From the NCBI GenBank assembly GCA_036525535.1, contig DATDAH010000199.1, positions 582 through 64,581 of the forward strand: 64,000 bases of DNA. The letters are read 5' to 3'. Positions 53,688 through 62,731 of the stretch are shown piece by piece. How positions within the stretch are numbered: the stretch's first letter is position 1; each line of letters begins with the position of its first letter. The translations under genes and the position numbers were made by a program. The DNA is from Acidimicrobiales bacterium (GTDB lineage Bacteria > Actinomycetota > Acidimicrobiia > Acidimicrobiales > DATDAH01). The notes beneath the pieces were generated by a model. It was not told where the DNA came from. It was given only the letters and a program-made list of their open reading frames with translations, and searched no databases.

Positions 53688-54664
53688 GGTGTGTCCCCGA
53701 CGCCCGCCTCGATGGCGAAGTAGATGTCCTCCAGGGTCGGCGGCCGTGGCGTCACCCCGTAGAGGCCGATGCCCCGGCCGGCCAGAGCGGCGGACACCGT
53801 GGGCACCACCTGGCGGTCCTCGACGACCACGCGCAGCCCCGGATCCGAAGGTCGGGCGTCGAGCACGCCGGGTAGGGCCCTGACCGCGGCCACCACGTCC
53901 GGAAGGGCGGGGCCGCCGAGATCGACGTCGACCTCGAGCCCCGGCCAGAGGTCGGCGGCGATGGCCTCGGGGCGGCCGAAGACCACGAGGCGACCCCGGT
54001 GGAGGACGGCCATGCGGTCGGCCAGGCGACCGGCCTCGCCCAGGAAGTGGGTGCAGAGCACGACCGTGCGGCCCTCCTCGGAGGCGAGTCGGGCGATGAG
54101 GCCGATGACCTCGCGGGTGGCGCTGGGATCGAGCCCGGAAGTGGGCTCGTCCAGGAACAGGATCTCGGGGTCGTGGAGGAGAGACCGGGCCAGGGCGACC
54201 CGCTTGCGCTCGCCGGTGGAGAACCCGTGGACCCGGGTGTCGGCCAGGTCGGCCATGGCGAACTGATCGAGCACCTCCGCGGTCCGGAACTGGGCCTGGT
54301 CGATCCCCATGCCCCGGATGCGGGCGGTGAAGACGAGGTTCTCGCGGGCGGTCAGCCGGTCGTCCAGGCCGGCGTTCTCGGTGAGGACCCCGGTCCGACG
54401 CCGGACCTCGTCTCCGTCGACGGCCGGGTCCATGCCCAGGACCTGGGCGGCGCCGGCGTCCGGGGCCAGCACGCCGTTCAGCAGGCGGACGGTCGTGGTC
54501 TTCCCCGCCCCGTTGGGCCCCAGCAGGGCCAGCACCTCCCCGGGAGCCACGTCGAGGGTGAGGCCGTCCACGGCCCGATGCTCCCCGAAGGCCTTGGTCA
54601 GGCCGTCGGTCCGGATGGCCGTCACCGGGGGCGCGGCGCGCGGAGGAGATGCGGTCAGAGCCAC
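53684..54664 (-). CDS. ABC transporter ATP-binding protein
   Basis: 'GPNGAGKTTTVRLL', 'FSTGERKRVALARSL' and 'ILFLDEPTSGLD'. Start uncertain: GTG 54664 preferred, GTG 54625 or ATG 54745 possible. Confidence 0.85.
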   Translation of the reverse strand: MALTASPPRAAPPVTAIRTDGLTKAFGEHRAVDGLTLDVAPGEVLALLGPNGAGKTTTVRLLNGVLAPDAGAAQVLGMDPAVDGDEVRRRTGVLTENAGLDDRLTARENLVFTARIRGMGIDQAQFRTAEVLDQFAMADLADTRVHGFSTGERKRVALARSLLHDPEILFLDEPTSGLDPSATREVIGLIARLASEEGRTVVLCTHFLGEAGRLADRMAVLHRGRLVVFGRPEAIAADLWPGLEVDVDLGGPALPDVVAAVRALPGVLDARPSDPGLRVVVEDRQVVPTVSAALAGRGIGLYGVTPRPPTLEDIYFAIEAGVGDTP

Positions 54665-54725
54665 GTCTCCCCATCGGAGGGGTGACGGGTCGCCTTGAGG
54701 GAGCCGGCCGGGGCAGACTGACCCG

Positions 54726-56198
54726 GTGAACGTGGCGGGCATCATCGACGGCCATCCCGATGACGCCGTGGCCCTGGTCGTGGGCGACCGGACCGTGAGC
54801 TACGGCGAGCTGCGCCGAGAGGTCGCCGGCCTGCAGGGGGGACTGACCGAGCTGGGCCTCGACGTCGGCGACCGGGTGGGGCTCATGGCGGGCAACACCG
54901 TCGAGTTCGTGCTGACCTGGCTGGCCGCGGCCCGGGGCGGCTTCGTGGCCGTCCCGCTCAATCCCGGGAGCCCGGTGCCTGAGGCGGCCCGGGAGCTGGC
55001 CGCCGTCGGCGCCCGAGCCGTGGTCTGCGGCCCCGAGGGCTCGACGGTCGTGGCGGACCTGGACCGGGCCGCGCTGCCGGTGCTCGAGCATGTCATCGTG
55101 GGCGACGACCTGGCCGACCTGGTCGCCCACGCCCCGGCCGAGACCGTCGAACGCGAGGCGGCCGACCTGGCCGTGCTCATGTTCACCAGCGGCACGGCCG
55201 GCGCCCCGCGGGCGGCGATGCTGACCCACGGCAACCTCGTGGCCAATCTCGAGCAGGTACAGGCGTCCGAAGGCCGACGCCGGGGCCCCGATGACGTCGC
55301 GCTCGGCGTCATCCCCCTGTTCCACATCTTCGGCTTGAACGTGGTGCTGGGCGGCGGCTTGGTGGCTGGGTCCCGCATCGTCCTCCTCGACCGCTTCGAC
55401 GCCGAGGAGGCGCTCCGGGCCATCGTCACCCACGGCGTCACCGACCTGACGGGCCCGCCCGCCATGTGGCACGGCCTCGCCGCAGCCGAGAGCGCGAGCC
55501 CCGACGCCGTGGCGACCGTCGAGCGGGCGGCCTCCGGCGCCGCCGCCCTGGGCCCGGCGATCCGCAAGTCCGTCCAGGAGCGCCTGGGCCTGGCCCTGGC
55601 CGAGGGGTACGGCTTGACCGAGACCTCCCCCGTGGTGGCCACGGGCGTCGGCCAGGACGCCCCGGTGGGTTCGGTCGGGCGTCCGCTGCCGGGCGTCGAG
55701 GTCCGCATCGTCGACGCTGACGGCGAGGACACGTTCATCGGCGACGCCGGGGAGATCCTGGTCCGGGGCGACAACGTCTTCGTCGGCTACTGGAACGACC
55801 CGGAGGCGACGACGGCCGTGCTCACCGGCGACGGCTGGCTGCACACCGGCGACATCGGCTTTGCCGACGAGTCCGGCTTCCTCTTCCTTTCCGACCGGGC
55901 CAAGGACCTCATCATCGTGTCCGGCTTCAACGTCTTCCCGGCCGAGGTCGAGGACGTGCTGGTCAGCCACCCTGGTGTGGCCGAGGCCGCCGTGGTCGGC
56001 GTCCCCAACGCCCGCACCGGCGAGGCGGTCAAGGCCTTCGTGGTGTTGGAGGAGGGGGCCGGCATCGGCCTCGAGGACCTGCGGGAGCACACCCACGGCC
56101 ACCTGGCCCGCTACAAGTGCCCGGCCGAGATCGAGCTCGTCGACGAGCTCCCCCACGGTCCTGGCGGCAAGCTCCTCCGTCGCACCCTGCGGGGGTAG
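54726..56198 (+). CDS. fadD: AMP-dependent acyl-CoA synthetase (long-chain fatty acid--CoA ligase-like)
   Basis: 'LMFTSGTAGAPRAAMLTH', 'GYGLTETSP', 'WLHTGDIGFADESGFLFLSDRAKDLII' and 'PGGKLLRR'. Confidence 0.9.
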   Translation: MNVAGIIDGHPDDAVALVVGDRTVSYGELRREVAGLQGGLTELGLDVGDRVGLMAGNTVEFVLTWLAAARGGFVAVPLNPGSPVPEAARELAAVGARAVVCGPEGSTVVADLDRAALPVLEHVIVGDDLADLVAHAPAETVEREAADLAVLMFTSGTAGAPRAAMLTHGNLVANLEQVQASEGRRRGPDDVALGVIPLFHIFGLNVVLGGGLVAGSRIVLLDRFDAEEALRAIVTHGVTDLTGPPAMWHGLAAAESASPDAVATVERAASGAAALGPAIRKSVQERLGLALAEGYGLTETSPVVATGVGQDAPVGSVGRPLPGVEVRIVDADGEDTFIGDAGEILVRGDNVFVGYWNDPEATTAVLTGDGWLHTGDIGFADESGFLFLSDRAKDLIIVSGFNVFPAEVEDVLVSHPGVAEAAVVGVPNARTGEAVKAFVVLEEGAGIGLEDLREHTHGHLARYKCPAEIELVDELPHGPGGKLLRRTLRG

Positions 56199-56245
56199 CC
56201 CTCCGCAGGGGGAGGCCGGCACCCTCGCTCCGGCGGCACGGTTCC

Positions 56246-56468
56246 GTGACGCTCCGGCCACCGGACACGGTGGTGGCCACCATCCCGGTCGGAGCGGGCA
56301 GCTCGAGTGGTGGCGACATCGCCGTCGGCGGTGGCTACGTCTGGGCCCGACACCGTTGTCGCCCGCTACGGCCCGCCGAGCGGCAGCGGGAGCGTGGCGG
56401 CCGACGAGGACGCCGTCTGGGTGTCGGCCCACGACGTCACCACGGTCTGGCGCCTGCCGTTCGACTGA
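56246..56468 (+). pseudogene. Frameshifted remnant of a beta-propeller-repeat protein
   Basis: One frame reads 'DTVVATIPVGAGSSSGGDIAVGGGYVWA'. The +1 frame continues 'DTVVARYGPPSGSGSVAADEDAVWVSAHDVTTVWRLPFD*'. That makes two copies of one repeat unit split by a 1-nt frame change near 56345. No intact N-terminus. Confidence 0.35.
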
Positions 56469-56613
56469 GCCCCTGGCGCGGACGACGACGGACGCGGCTG
56501 GGGATGAGCGGCCTCACGACGCCGGCGCTTGACCGAGATCGTGCTCTTGGCCGTGTGCTGGGCCGTGCCGACCGCGGAGAACGGGAACGAGGCCGTCCGA
56601 GCCCGTCGGGACT

Positions 56614-56631
56614 TTGTGAACAAATGCACGA
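56614..56631 (+). promoter_or_regulatory. Rex operator (ROP)-like inverted repeat
   Basis: 'TTGTGAA-CAAA-TGCACGA' matches the consensus TTGTGAA-N4-TTCACAA at 12 of 14 half-site positions. It overlaps the first in-frame ATG of rex. Confidence 0.6.
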
Positions 56632-57310
56632 GGAGGGTACTTTGGAGACAGTGCCGGACGAGCAGCGTCGCATCCCTGAGGCCACGGTCACCCGCCTCCC
56701 GCTGTACCTGCGGGCCCTCGTGACCCTGGCCGACGACCGGGAGGCCACCTGCTCGTCGGAGCGCCTGGCCGACCTCGCCGGGGTCAACGCCGCGAAGGTG
56801 CGCAAGGACCTCTCCTACCTCGGCTCCTACGGGACGCGGGGGGTGGGGTACGACGTCGAGTTCCTGCTCCACCAGGTCAGCCGGGCCCTCGGCCTCACCC
56901 ACGACTGGCCCGTCGTCATCGCCGGGGCCGGGAACCTCGGTCGGGCCCTCGCCAACTACGGCGGCTTCACCTCCCGCGGCTTCCCCGTCGTGGCCCTGGT
57001 CGACACCGACGAGTCCAAGGTCGGCGAGCTGGTGGGCACGACCCCGGTCCGCCACCTCGACGACCTCGAGGCGCTGGTCAAGGAGCACAGCGTCGCCATC
57101 GGCGTGCTGGCCACGCCGTCCGGCGCCGCCCAGGAGGTGGCCGACCGCATGGTCAGCGCCGGCATCGGCTCCGTCCTGAACTTCGCCCCCGCCGTGGTCA
57201 CCGTGCCGGAGGCGGTCTCCATCCGGAAGGTGGACCTGGCCTCCGAGCTGCTGATCCTCAGCTTCTACCAACAGCGCCAGGCCGGCGGTCTGACCGACCT
57301 GACCGGGTGA
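56624..57310 (+). CDS. rex: Redox-sensing transcriptional repressor Rex
   Basis: 'IPEATVTRLPLYLRAL', 'GYDV', Rossmann 'VVIAGAGNLGRALANY' and 'GIGSVLNFAP'. The start may be ATG 56624, or TTG 56642 (SD 'GAGGAGGG' 5 nt upstream), or GTG 56651. Confidence 0.88.
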   Translation: MHEEGTLETVPDEQRRIPEATVTRLPLYLRALVTLADDREATCSSERLADLAGVNAAKVRKDLSYLGSYGTRGVGYDVEFLLHQVSRALGLTHDWPVVIAGAGNLGRALANYGGFTSRGFPVVALVDTDESKVGELVGTTPVRHLDDLEALVKEHSVAIGVLATPSGAAQEVADRMVSAGIGSVLNFAPAVVTVPEAVSIRKVDLASELLILSFYQQRQAGGLTDLTG

Positions 57311-57314
57311 CGCC

Positions 57315-57950
57315 GTGGCCCTGCCGAGCCGCCCGTACCCGGTCAACCTCCTGGTCGCGGGCCGCTCGGTGCTCGTCGTCGGGGGCGGGACCGTCGCCCT
57401 CGAGAAGGTCGAGGGCCTCCTCGACGCCGAGGCCGACGTGACCGTGGTCGCTCCTGACATCGTCCCCGAGCTCGTCGACCGCCCCGGGGTGAGGGTCGAG
57501 CAGCGGCCGTACCGCTCCGGTGAGGCGGCCGATCACCGCCTCGTCGTCGTGGCGACCAGCGACCCCGCGGTGAACGCCGAGGTGGCGGCCGACGCCGAAG
57601 CCGCCGGGGTGTGGGTCAACGCCGCCGACGACATCGCCAACTGCACCTTCACCCTGCCGGCCCGCGTGCGCCGGGGAGACCTTCTCCTGACGGTCTCCAC
57701 CGGTGGCCGCAGCCCCGGCCTGGCCTCCTGGACCCGGCAGCGCCTGGAGGTCGAGTTCGGCCCCGAGTGGGCCACGCTGCTGGACCTGGTGGCGGAGGCC
57801 CGGGACGAGGTGCGGGCCTCGGGTCGTTCCTCGCTGGGGGTCGACTGGCACGCCGCCCTAGACTCAGGAATGCTGGAGATGGTCCGCGAGGGCCGCATAC
57901 TCGAAGCCAAGGAGCGCCTGCAGGCGTGTCTGTCGTCGTCATCGGACTGA
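57315..57950 (+). CDS. Precorrin-2 dehydrogenase / sirohydrochlorin ferrochelatase (SirC / CysG N-terminal type)
   Basis: 'VLVVGGGTVALEKV', 'VNAADDIANCTFTLPA' and 'VSTGGRSPGLA'. Confidence 0.85.
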   Translation: MALPSRPYPVNLLVAGRSVLVVGGGTVALEKVEGLLDAEADVTVVAPDIVPELVDRPGVRVEQRPYRSGEAADHRLVVVATSDPAVNAEVAADAEAAGVWVNAADDIANCTFTLPARVRRGDLLLTVSTGGRSPGLASWTRQRLEVEFGPEWATLLDLVAEARDEVRASGRSSLGVDWHAALDSGMLEMVREGRILEAKERLQACLSSSSD

Positions 57951-59185
57951 ACCACCGCACCGTCCCCCTCGACCTGCTCGAGCGGATGACGGTCAACGAG
58001 GCGAACCTGCCCAAGGCCCTCGCCGACCTGTTGGGCCGCGATCACGTGTCGGAGGCGGTTGTCCTCTCCACCTGCAACCGCACCGAGGTCTACGCCTCGG
58101 TCGAGCGCTTCCACGCCGCGTACGCCGACATCCGGGAGTTCCTCTCCGGCCTGGCCTTCCTGCCTCCCGAAGCGTTCGGCGATCACCTCTACGCCCACTA
58201 CGACGAGGCCGCAGCCCAGCACCTCTTCTCCGTGGCCGCCGGGCTCGACTCCGCGGTCCTGGGCGAGAGCGAGATCCTGGGCCAGGTCCGGACCGCCTGG
58301 GAACGGGCCCTGGCCGAGGGGGCGACGGGCGCCACCCTCAACATGCTCTTCCGCCACGCCCTCGAGGTGGGGAAGCGAGCCCGGACCGACACGGCCATCG
58401 GCGAGAAGACCACCTCGGTCTCCCAGGCCGCCGTGGCCATGGCCGGCGCGCGCCTCGGCGGCCTCGAGGGTCGCTCGGTCCTCGTCGTCGGGGCGGGCGG
58501 GATGGGCGAAGGCCTGGTCCGTTCGCTGATCGACGCCGGCGCCTCCCCCGTGCAGGTCGCCAATCGCACGTGGGACCGGGCCGCCGATCTGGCCGAGCGG
58601 GTCGGCGCCACGGCCATCCACCTGGACGACCTGCCCCGCGCCCTCACCGACGTCGACCTGCTCCTGACCTCGACCGGCGCCACCTCGATCATCGTCGAGC
58701 ACGGTGACGTCGAGCCGGTGGTCGACGCCCGGGCCGGCCGCCCGCTGCTGATCGTCGACATCGCCGTTCCCCGCGACGTGGACGCCGCCGCCGGCACCCT
58801 GCCGGGCGTGACCCTGCTCGACATGGACGACCTGCGGGCTCACGCCGAGATCGGCCTCGCCGAGCGCCGGCGCGAGGTCAACGCCGTCCGGGCCATCGTC
58901 GAGGACGAGGTCGAGCGCTTCCACGAGCAGAGCACCGCCCGCCAGGTCGCTCCGTTGGTCGCCGCGCTGCGCCAGCGGGCCGACGCCCTGCGGCAGGCCG
59001 AACTGGCCCGCCAGCAGAGCCGCCTGGCCGACCTGACCCCGGCCCAGCAGGAGGCCGTCGAAGCCGTCACCCGGGCCGCGCTGGCCAAGGTCCTGCACCA
59101 GCCCACGGTGGCCCTCAAGGCGGCCGCGGGCACCCCCAAGGGCGAGCGCCTGGCGGAAGCCCTGCGCGAGCTCTACGACCTGTAG
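57926..59185 (+). CDS. hemA: Glutamyl-tRNA reductase
   Basis: 'VIGLNHRTVPLDLLE', 'LSTCNRTEVYA', 'GESEILGQV' and 'VLVVGAGGMGE'. GTG 57926 overlaps the upstream gene by 25 nt. Confidence 0.9.
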   Translation: MSVVVIGLNHRTVPLDLLERMTVNEANLPKALADLLGRDHVSEAVVLSTCNRTEVYASVERFHAAYADIREFLSGLAFLPPEAFGDHLYAHYDEAAAQHLFSVAAGLDSAVLGESEILGQVRTAWERALAEGATGATLNMLFRHALEVGKRARTDTAIGEKTTSVSQAAVAMAGARLGGLEGRSVLVVGAGGMGEGLVRSLIDAGASPVQVANRTWDRAADLAERVGATAIHLDDLPRALTDVDLLLTSTGATSIIVEHGDVEPVVDARAGRPLLIVDIAVPRDVDAAAGTLPGVTLLDMDDLRAHAEIGLAERRREVNAVRAIVEDEVERFHEQSTARQVAPLVAALRQRADALRQAELARQQSRLADLTPAQQEAVEAVTRAALAKVLHQPTVALKAAAGTPKGERLAEALRELYDL

Positions 59186-59192
59186 TCACCGA

Positions 59193-60083
59193 ATGCGGCT
59201 CCGGGCCGCGACCCGCGGTAGCCCCCTGGCCCGGTGGCAGGCCGACCACGTCGCCGCGCTCCTCTCGGCCGTCGACCCGGCCGTCGAGCACGAGGCCGTC
59301 GTCGTCACCACCACGGGCGACCGCGACCGCACCCGCCCTCTGGCCGAGATCGGGGGCAAGGGCGTCTTCGTCAAGGAGGTCCAAGCCGCCGTCCTGGACG
59401 GGCGGGCCGACCTGGCCGTCCACTCGGCCAAGGACCTGCCGTCGACCACCCCCGACGGCCTGGTCATCGCCGCCGTGCCCGAACGGGCCGACCCCCGGGA
59501 CGCGCTGGTGGGTCGGGCACTGGCCCACCTCCCGCCCGGCTCGCGAATCGCCACCGGCTCGGCCCGGCGCCGGTCCCAGCTGGCCGCCCACCGCCCGGAC
59601 CTGACCTTCGTCGGCCTCCGGGGGAACATGGACACCCGCCTCGGCGCCGCCGCCGACCATGGCGCCGTGGTCGTGGCCATCGCCGCCCTCGACCGCCTGG
59701 GTCGCTCGGCGGAGGCGGCCGAGGTCCTGGACCCCGCGATCGTCCTGCCCCAGGCGGGCCAAGGGACCTTGGCCGTCGAGTGCCGGGCCGACGACGAGGC
59801 GACCCGGGCCCTGCTGGCCGCCATCGACCACGAGCCCAGCCACCAGACCCTGCGGGCCGAGCGGGCCTTCCTGGCCGAGCTCGGCGGCGACTGCGACATC
59901 CCGGCCGGGGCCTACGCCGTCGCCGACGGCGACGGCCTGAAGGTCGAGGGCCTGATCGCGTCGCTGGACGGCCACGTCGTCCTCCGCCACACCCGCACCG
60001 GTGCCGACCCCGAGGCCACGGGCCGCACCGTGGCCCGCTTCCTGCTCGACGAGGCCGGTGGATCGGCCATCCTTCAGCCATGA
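59193..60083 (+). CDS. hemC: Hydroxymethylbilane synthase (porphobilinogen deaminase)
   Basis: 'RGSPLARWQA', 'TTGDR', 'GGKGVFVKEV', 'HSAKDLP', 'LRGNMDTRL' and 'LGGDCDIPAGAYA'. Confidence 0.92.
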   Translation: MRLRAATRGSPLARWQADHVAALLSAVDPAVEHEAVVVTTTGDRDRTRPLAEIGGKGVFVKEVQAAVLDGRADLAVHSAKDLPSTTPDGLVIAAVPERADPRDALVGRALAHLPPGSRIATGSARRRSQLAAHRPDLTFVGLRGNMDTRLGAAADHGAVVVAIAALDRLGRSAEAAEVLDPAIVLPQAGQGTLAVECRADDEATRALLAAIDHEPSHQTLRAERAFLAELGGDCDIPAGAYAVADGDGLKVEGLIASLDGHVVLRHTRTGADPEATGRTVARFLLDEAGGSAILQP

Positions 60084-61540
60084 CCGTCTACCTGGTCGGG
60101 GCCGGGCCCGGGGACCCGGGACTGCTCACCGTGCGGGGGGCCGAGGTGCTGGCCCGGGCCGACGTGGTCGTCTACGACCGGCTGTCGGTCGCGGCACTGC
60201 TCGACCAGGCGCCGACCCACGCCGAGCGCATCAGCGTGGCCAAGCAACCCGGCGGCACGTCGACCCCGCAGGACGAGATCAACCGCCTGCTGGTCGAGCA
60301 CGGCCGGGCCGGCCGCACCGTCGTGCGCCTGAAGGGCGGCGATCCCTTCGTCTTCGCCCGTGGCGGCGAGGAGGCCCAGGCCCTGCTCGACGCCGGCGTC
60401 CCCTTCGAGGTCGTCCCCGGCATCACGTCGGCCATCGCCGCACCGGCCTACGCCGGGATCCCGGTGACCCTGCGCCACTCGTCGACCTCGTTCACCGTGG
60501 TCACGGGTCACGAGGACCCCACGTCGGGCGCCGAGGGCACGGTCAACTGGGAGGCGGTTGCCCAGGTCGGCGGCACCATCGTCATCCTCATGGGCGTGGC
60601 CCGCATGGGCCTCATCGCCGAGCGCCTCATCGCCGGTGGACGCTCGCCGGACACGCCGGCCGCCGCCGTCCAGTGGGGGACCCGGCCCGAGCAGCGCACG
60701 ATCCGGGCCACGCTGGCCACGCTCGCCGACCAGGACCTGGCGGCCCCGTCCACCATCGTCGTCGGCGAGGTGGCGGCCGAGGACCTGGCCTGGTTCGCGG
60801 CCCGCCCGCTCTTCGGGCAGACCGTCGTGGTCACCCGGCCCGAAGGCCAGGCCAGCGTCCTGGCCGAGCAGCTGCGGGCGGCCGGAGCCGAGACCGTCGT
60901 CCTCCCGGTCATCGAGATCGAGGAACCCGCCGACGGCGGAGCTGCGCTCACGGCGGCCCTGGACGACCTCGGCGCCTACGACTGGCTGGTGGTGACCTCG
61001 GCCAACGGAGCTCGGCGGGTGCTGGCCGGCCTCCCCGACGCCCGGGCGCTGGGCGGGGTGTCGGTCGCCGCCATCGGGCCGGGTACCGCCGCGGCATTGG
61101 CCGACGGCAACATCCGGGCCGACCTCGTCCCCGACCGCTATGTCGCCGAGGGCTTGCTCGAGGCCTTTCCGGCTCCTCCGGACGGAGGCGGCTTGGTCCT
61201 GCTGGCCCGCGCCGCGGTGGCCCGCGGCACCCTGCCCGAGGGGCTGCGGGCCGCGGGCTGGAGTGTCGACGTGGTCGAGGCCTACCGCACCGTTCCCGCG
61301 ACCCCCGATCCCGCGGCCCTGGACGCGGCGGCGGCCGCCGGCATCGTGACGTTCACCTCGTCCTCGACCGTGACCCGCTTCCTCGAGGTCGCCGGCCGGG
61401 ACCGGGTTCCGCCACTCGTGGCCTGCATCGGGCCCGTGACCGCGGCCACGGCCCGGGACGCCGGCCTGACGGTGGATGTCGAGGCCACCGACCACACCGT
61501 TCCCGGGCTGGTCGCCGCCCTCGTCGAGCACCTCCGGTGA
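60080..61540 (+). CDS. cobA-hemD: Bifunctional uroporphyrinogen-III C-methyltransferase / uroporphyrinogen-III synthase
   Basis: N-terminal 'VYLVGAGPGDPGLLTVRG' and 'RLKGGDPFVFARGGEE'. The C-terminal half is HemD-like ('VVVTRPEGQAS...WLVVTSANG'). ATGA overlap with hemC. Confidence 0.9.
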   Translation: MTVYLVGAGPGDPGLLTVRGAEVLARADVVVYDRLSVAALLDQAPTHAERISVAKQPGGTSTPQDEINRLLVEHGRAGRTVVRLKGGDPFVFARGGEEAQALLDAGVPFEVVPGITSAIAAPAYAGIPVTLRHSSTSFTVVTGHEDPTSGAEGTVNWEAVAQVGGTIVILMGVARMGLIAERLIAGGRSPDTPAAAVQWGTRPEQRTIRATLATLADQDLAAPSTIVVGEVAAEDLAWFAARPLFGQTVVVTRPEGQASVLAEQLRAAGAETVVLPVIEIEEPADGGAALTAALDDLGAYDWLVVTSANGARRVLAGLPDARALGGVSVAAIGPGTAAALADGNIRADLVPDRYVAEGLLEAFPAPPDGGGLVLLARAAVARGTLPEGLRAAGWSVDVVEAYRTVPATPDPAALDAAAAAGIVTFTSSSTVTRFLEVAGRDRVPPLVACIGPVTAATARDAGLTVDVEATDHTVPGLVAALVEHLR

Positions 61541-62193
61541 CGCTGCAAGCTTTGGTCTTCGACTTCGACGGCCTCATCCTCGACACCGAGTGGTCGGCCT
61601 TCTCGACCGCGGCCGAAGTCTGGACCGAGCACGGCGTCGAGCTGGACCTCGCCGTGTGGCAGGAGATCGTCGGTACCGCCGACCACGTCCACTGGAGCGA
61701 GATGCTGGAGAACGACCTCGGTCGGCCCATCGACCGCAACACCGTCGTGCCCGCCCGGCAGGCCCAGCACCACGTCGAGATCGAGGCCATGGACCTCCTG
61801 CCCGGCGTCGTCGACCTGATCGAGGCCGCGGTGACCGCCGGCCTGGCCCTGGCCGTGGCCTCCAGCTCCCCCCACGAGTGGGTCGACGGGCACCTCGAGC
61901 GTCGCGGTCTGCTGGATCGATTCGCCATCGTCGTGTGCCGGGACGACGTGGCCCGGACCAAGCCCGATCCCGCGCTCTACAGGACCGCTCTGGAGCGCCT
62001 CGGCATCGGTCCGTCCGATGCGGTCGCCCTGGAGGACTCCCACCACGGCACCGTGTCGGCGGCGGCCGCCGGCCTCACCGTTGTCGCTGTCCCCAACCGG
62101 GTCACCACCGGCCAGGACTTCCGCGCCGCCCGCCTGGTCGTCGACTCGATGACCATGCTCACGATCCCGATCCTGGCTGACCTCGTTCGCTGA
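61537..62193 (+). CDS. HAD-IA family hydrolase
   Basis: 'LVFDFDGLILDTE', 'VASSS', 'KPDPALY' and 'ALEDSHHG'. GTGA overlap with the upstream stop. Confidence 0.85.
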   Translation: MTLQALVFDFDGLILDTEWSAFSTAAEVWTEHGVELDLAVWQEIVGTADHVHWSEMLENDLGRPIDRNTVVPARQAQHHVEIEAMDLLPGVVDLIEAAVTAGLALAVASSSPHEWVDGHLERRGLLDRFAIVVCRDDVARTKPDPALYRTALERLGIGPSDAVALEDSHHGTVSAAAAGLTVVAVPNRVTTGQDFRAARLVVDSMTMLTIPILADLVR

Positions 62194-62201
62194 CGACCGG
62201 G

Positions 62202-62510
62202 TCAGTGGCCTTCGGCCTCTTCCTCGACCTCGGTGATGGGGCCGTCGCTGAAGAGGTAGGTGCGCAGCTGCTGGTCGAGCTTCGGGTCCCGGCGCCGGAG
62301 CCATTCCAGTGTCATCGCCGCGTGCTCCTTCTCCTCGTCTCGGTTGTGGGCCAGCACCGCCGCCAGGTCCTCGTCATCGGTGGCGTCGACGCGCTGGTTG
62401 TACCAGTCGACGGCCTCCAGCTCCTCCATCAGCGAGACCATCGCCCGGTGGTACTCGATGGTCTCGGCGCTCAGCTTCTCGGCTGACTCGTGCAGTCCTT
62501 CACTCGCCAT
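62202..62510 (-). CDS. Encapsulated-ferritin-like (EncFtn family) protein lacking a C-terminal targeting peptide
   Basis: 'RAMVSLMEELEAVDWYNQRVDATDDEDLAAVLAHNRDEEKEHAAMTLEWLRRRDPKLDQQLRTYLFSDGPIT' is very close to my recollection of Rhodospirillum rubrum EncFtn, including the E...ExxH ferroxidase residues. The protein ends 'EVEEEAEGH'. Confidence 0.75.
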   Translation of the reverse strand: MASEGLHESAEKLSAETIEYHRAMVSLMEELEAVDWYNQRVDATDDEDLAAVLAHNRDEEKEHAAMTLEWLRRRDPKLDQQLRTYLFSDGPITEVEEEAEGH

Positions 62511-62731
62511 GGGCCTGATTGCTAGCACCCGGTTCGAGCGAGCAGGTAGTGAGACAGGCCGAATTCCTGCGTTCGAGCCATCCAAGGTGGCCGCCGCTCC
62601 GTAGTAGGGGGAGCAAGCGCGAACTGACGCCGGGCCGGGTGGCCGCCCTCTCCCCCTAGGCCGCCCGGTTCGGCGTCGGTCGCGTCCCGGCGAGTGGCTC
62701 AAGCCGGTCCCGATCGGGGCGATGGGTAGGG

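Noticed and set aside
52836-56432. 1198-aa minus-strand ORF
   Set aside because: Only the C-terminal 283 aa (52836-53687) form a coherent ABC-2 permease with a coupled GTG start. The remainder is antisense to fadD and out of frame with the ABC ATPase.
62525-62585. tRNA-like fragment or small RNA suggested by the repeated 'GTTCGAGC' in the EncFtn upstream region
   Set aside because: Only an 8-nt direct repeat is present. No acceptor, anticodon or T-arm pairing can be built. It is more likely promoter or operator sequence, or chance.
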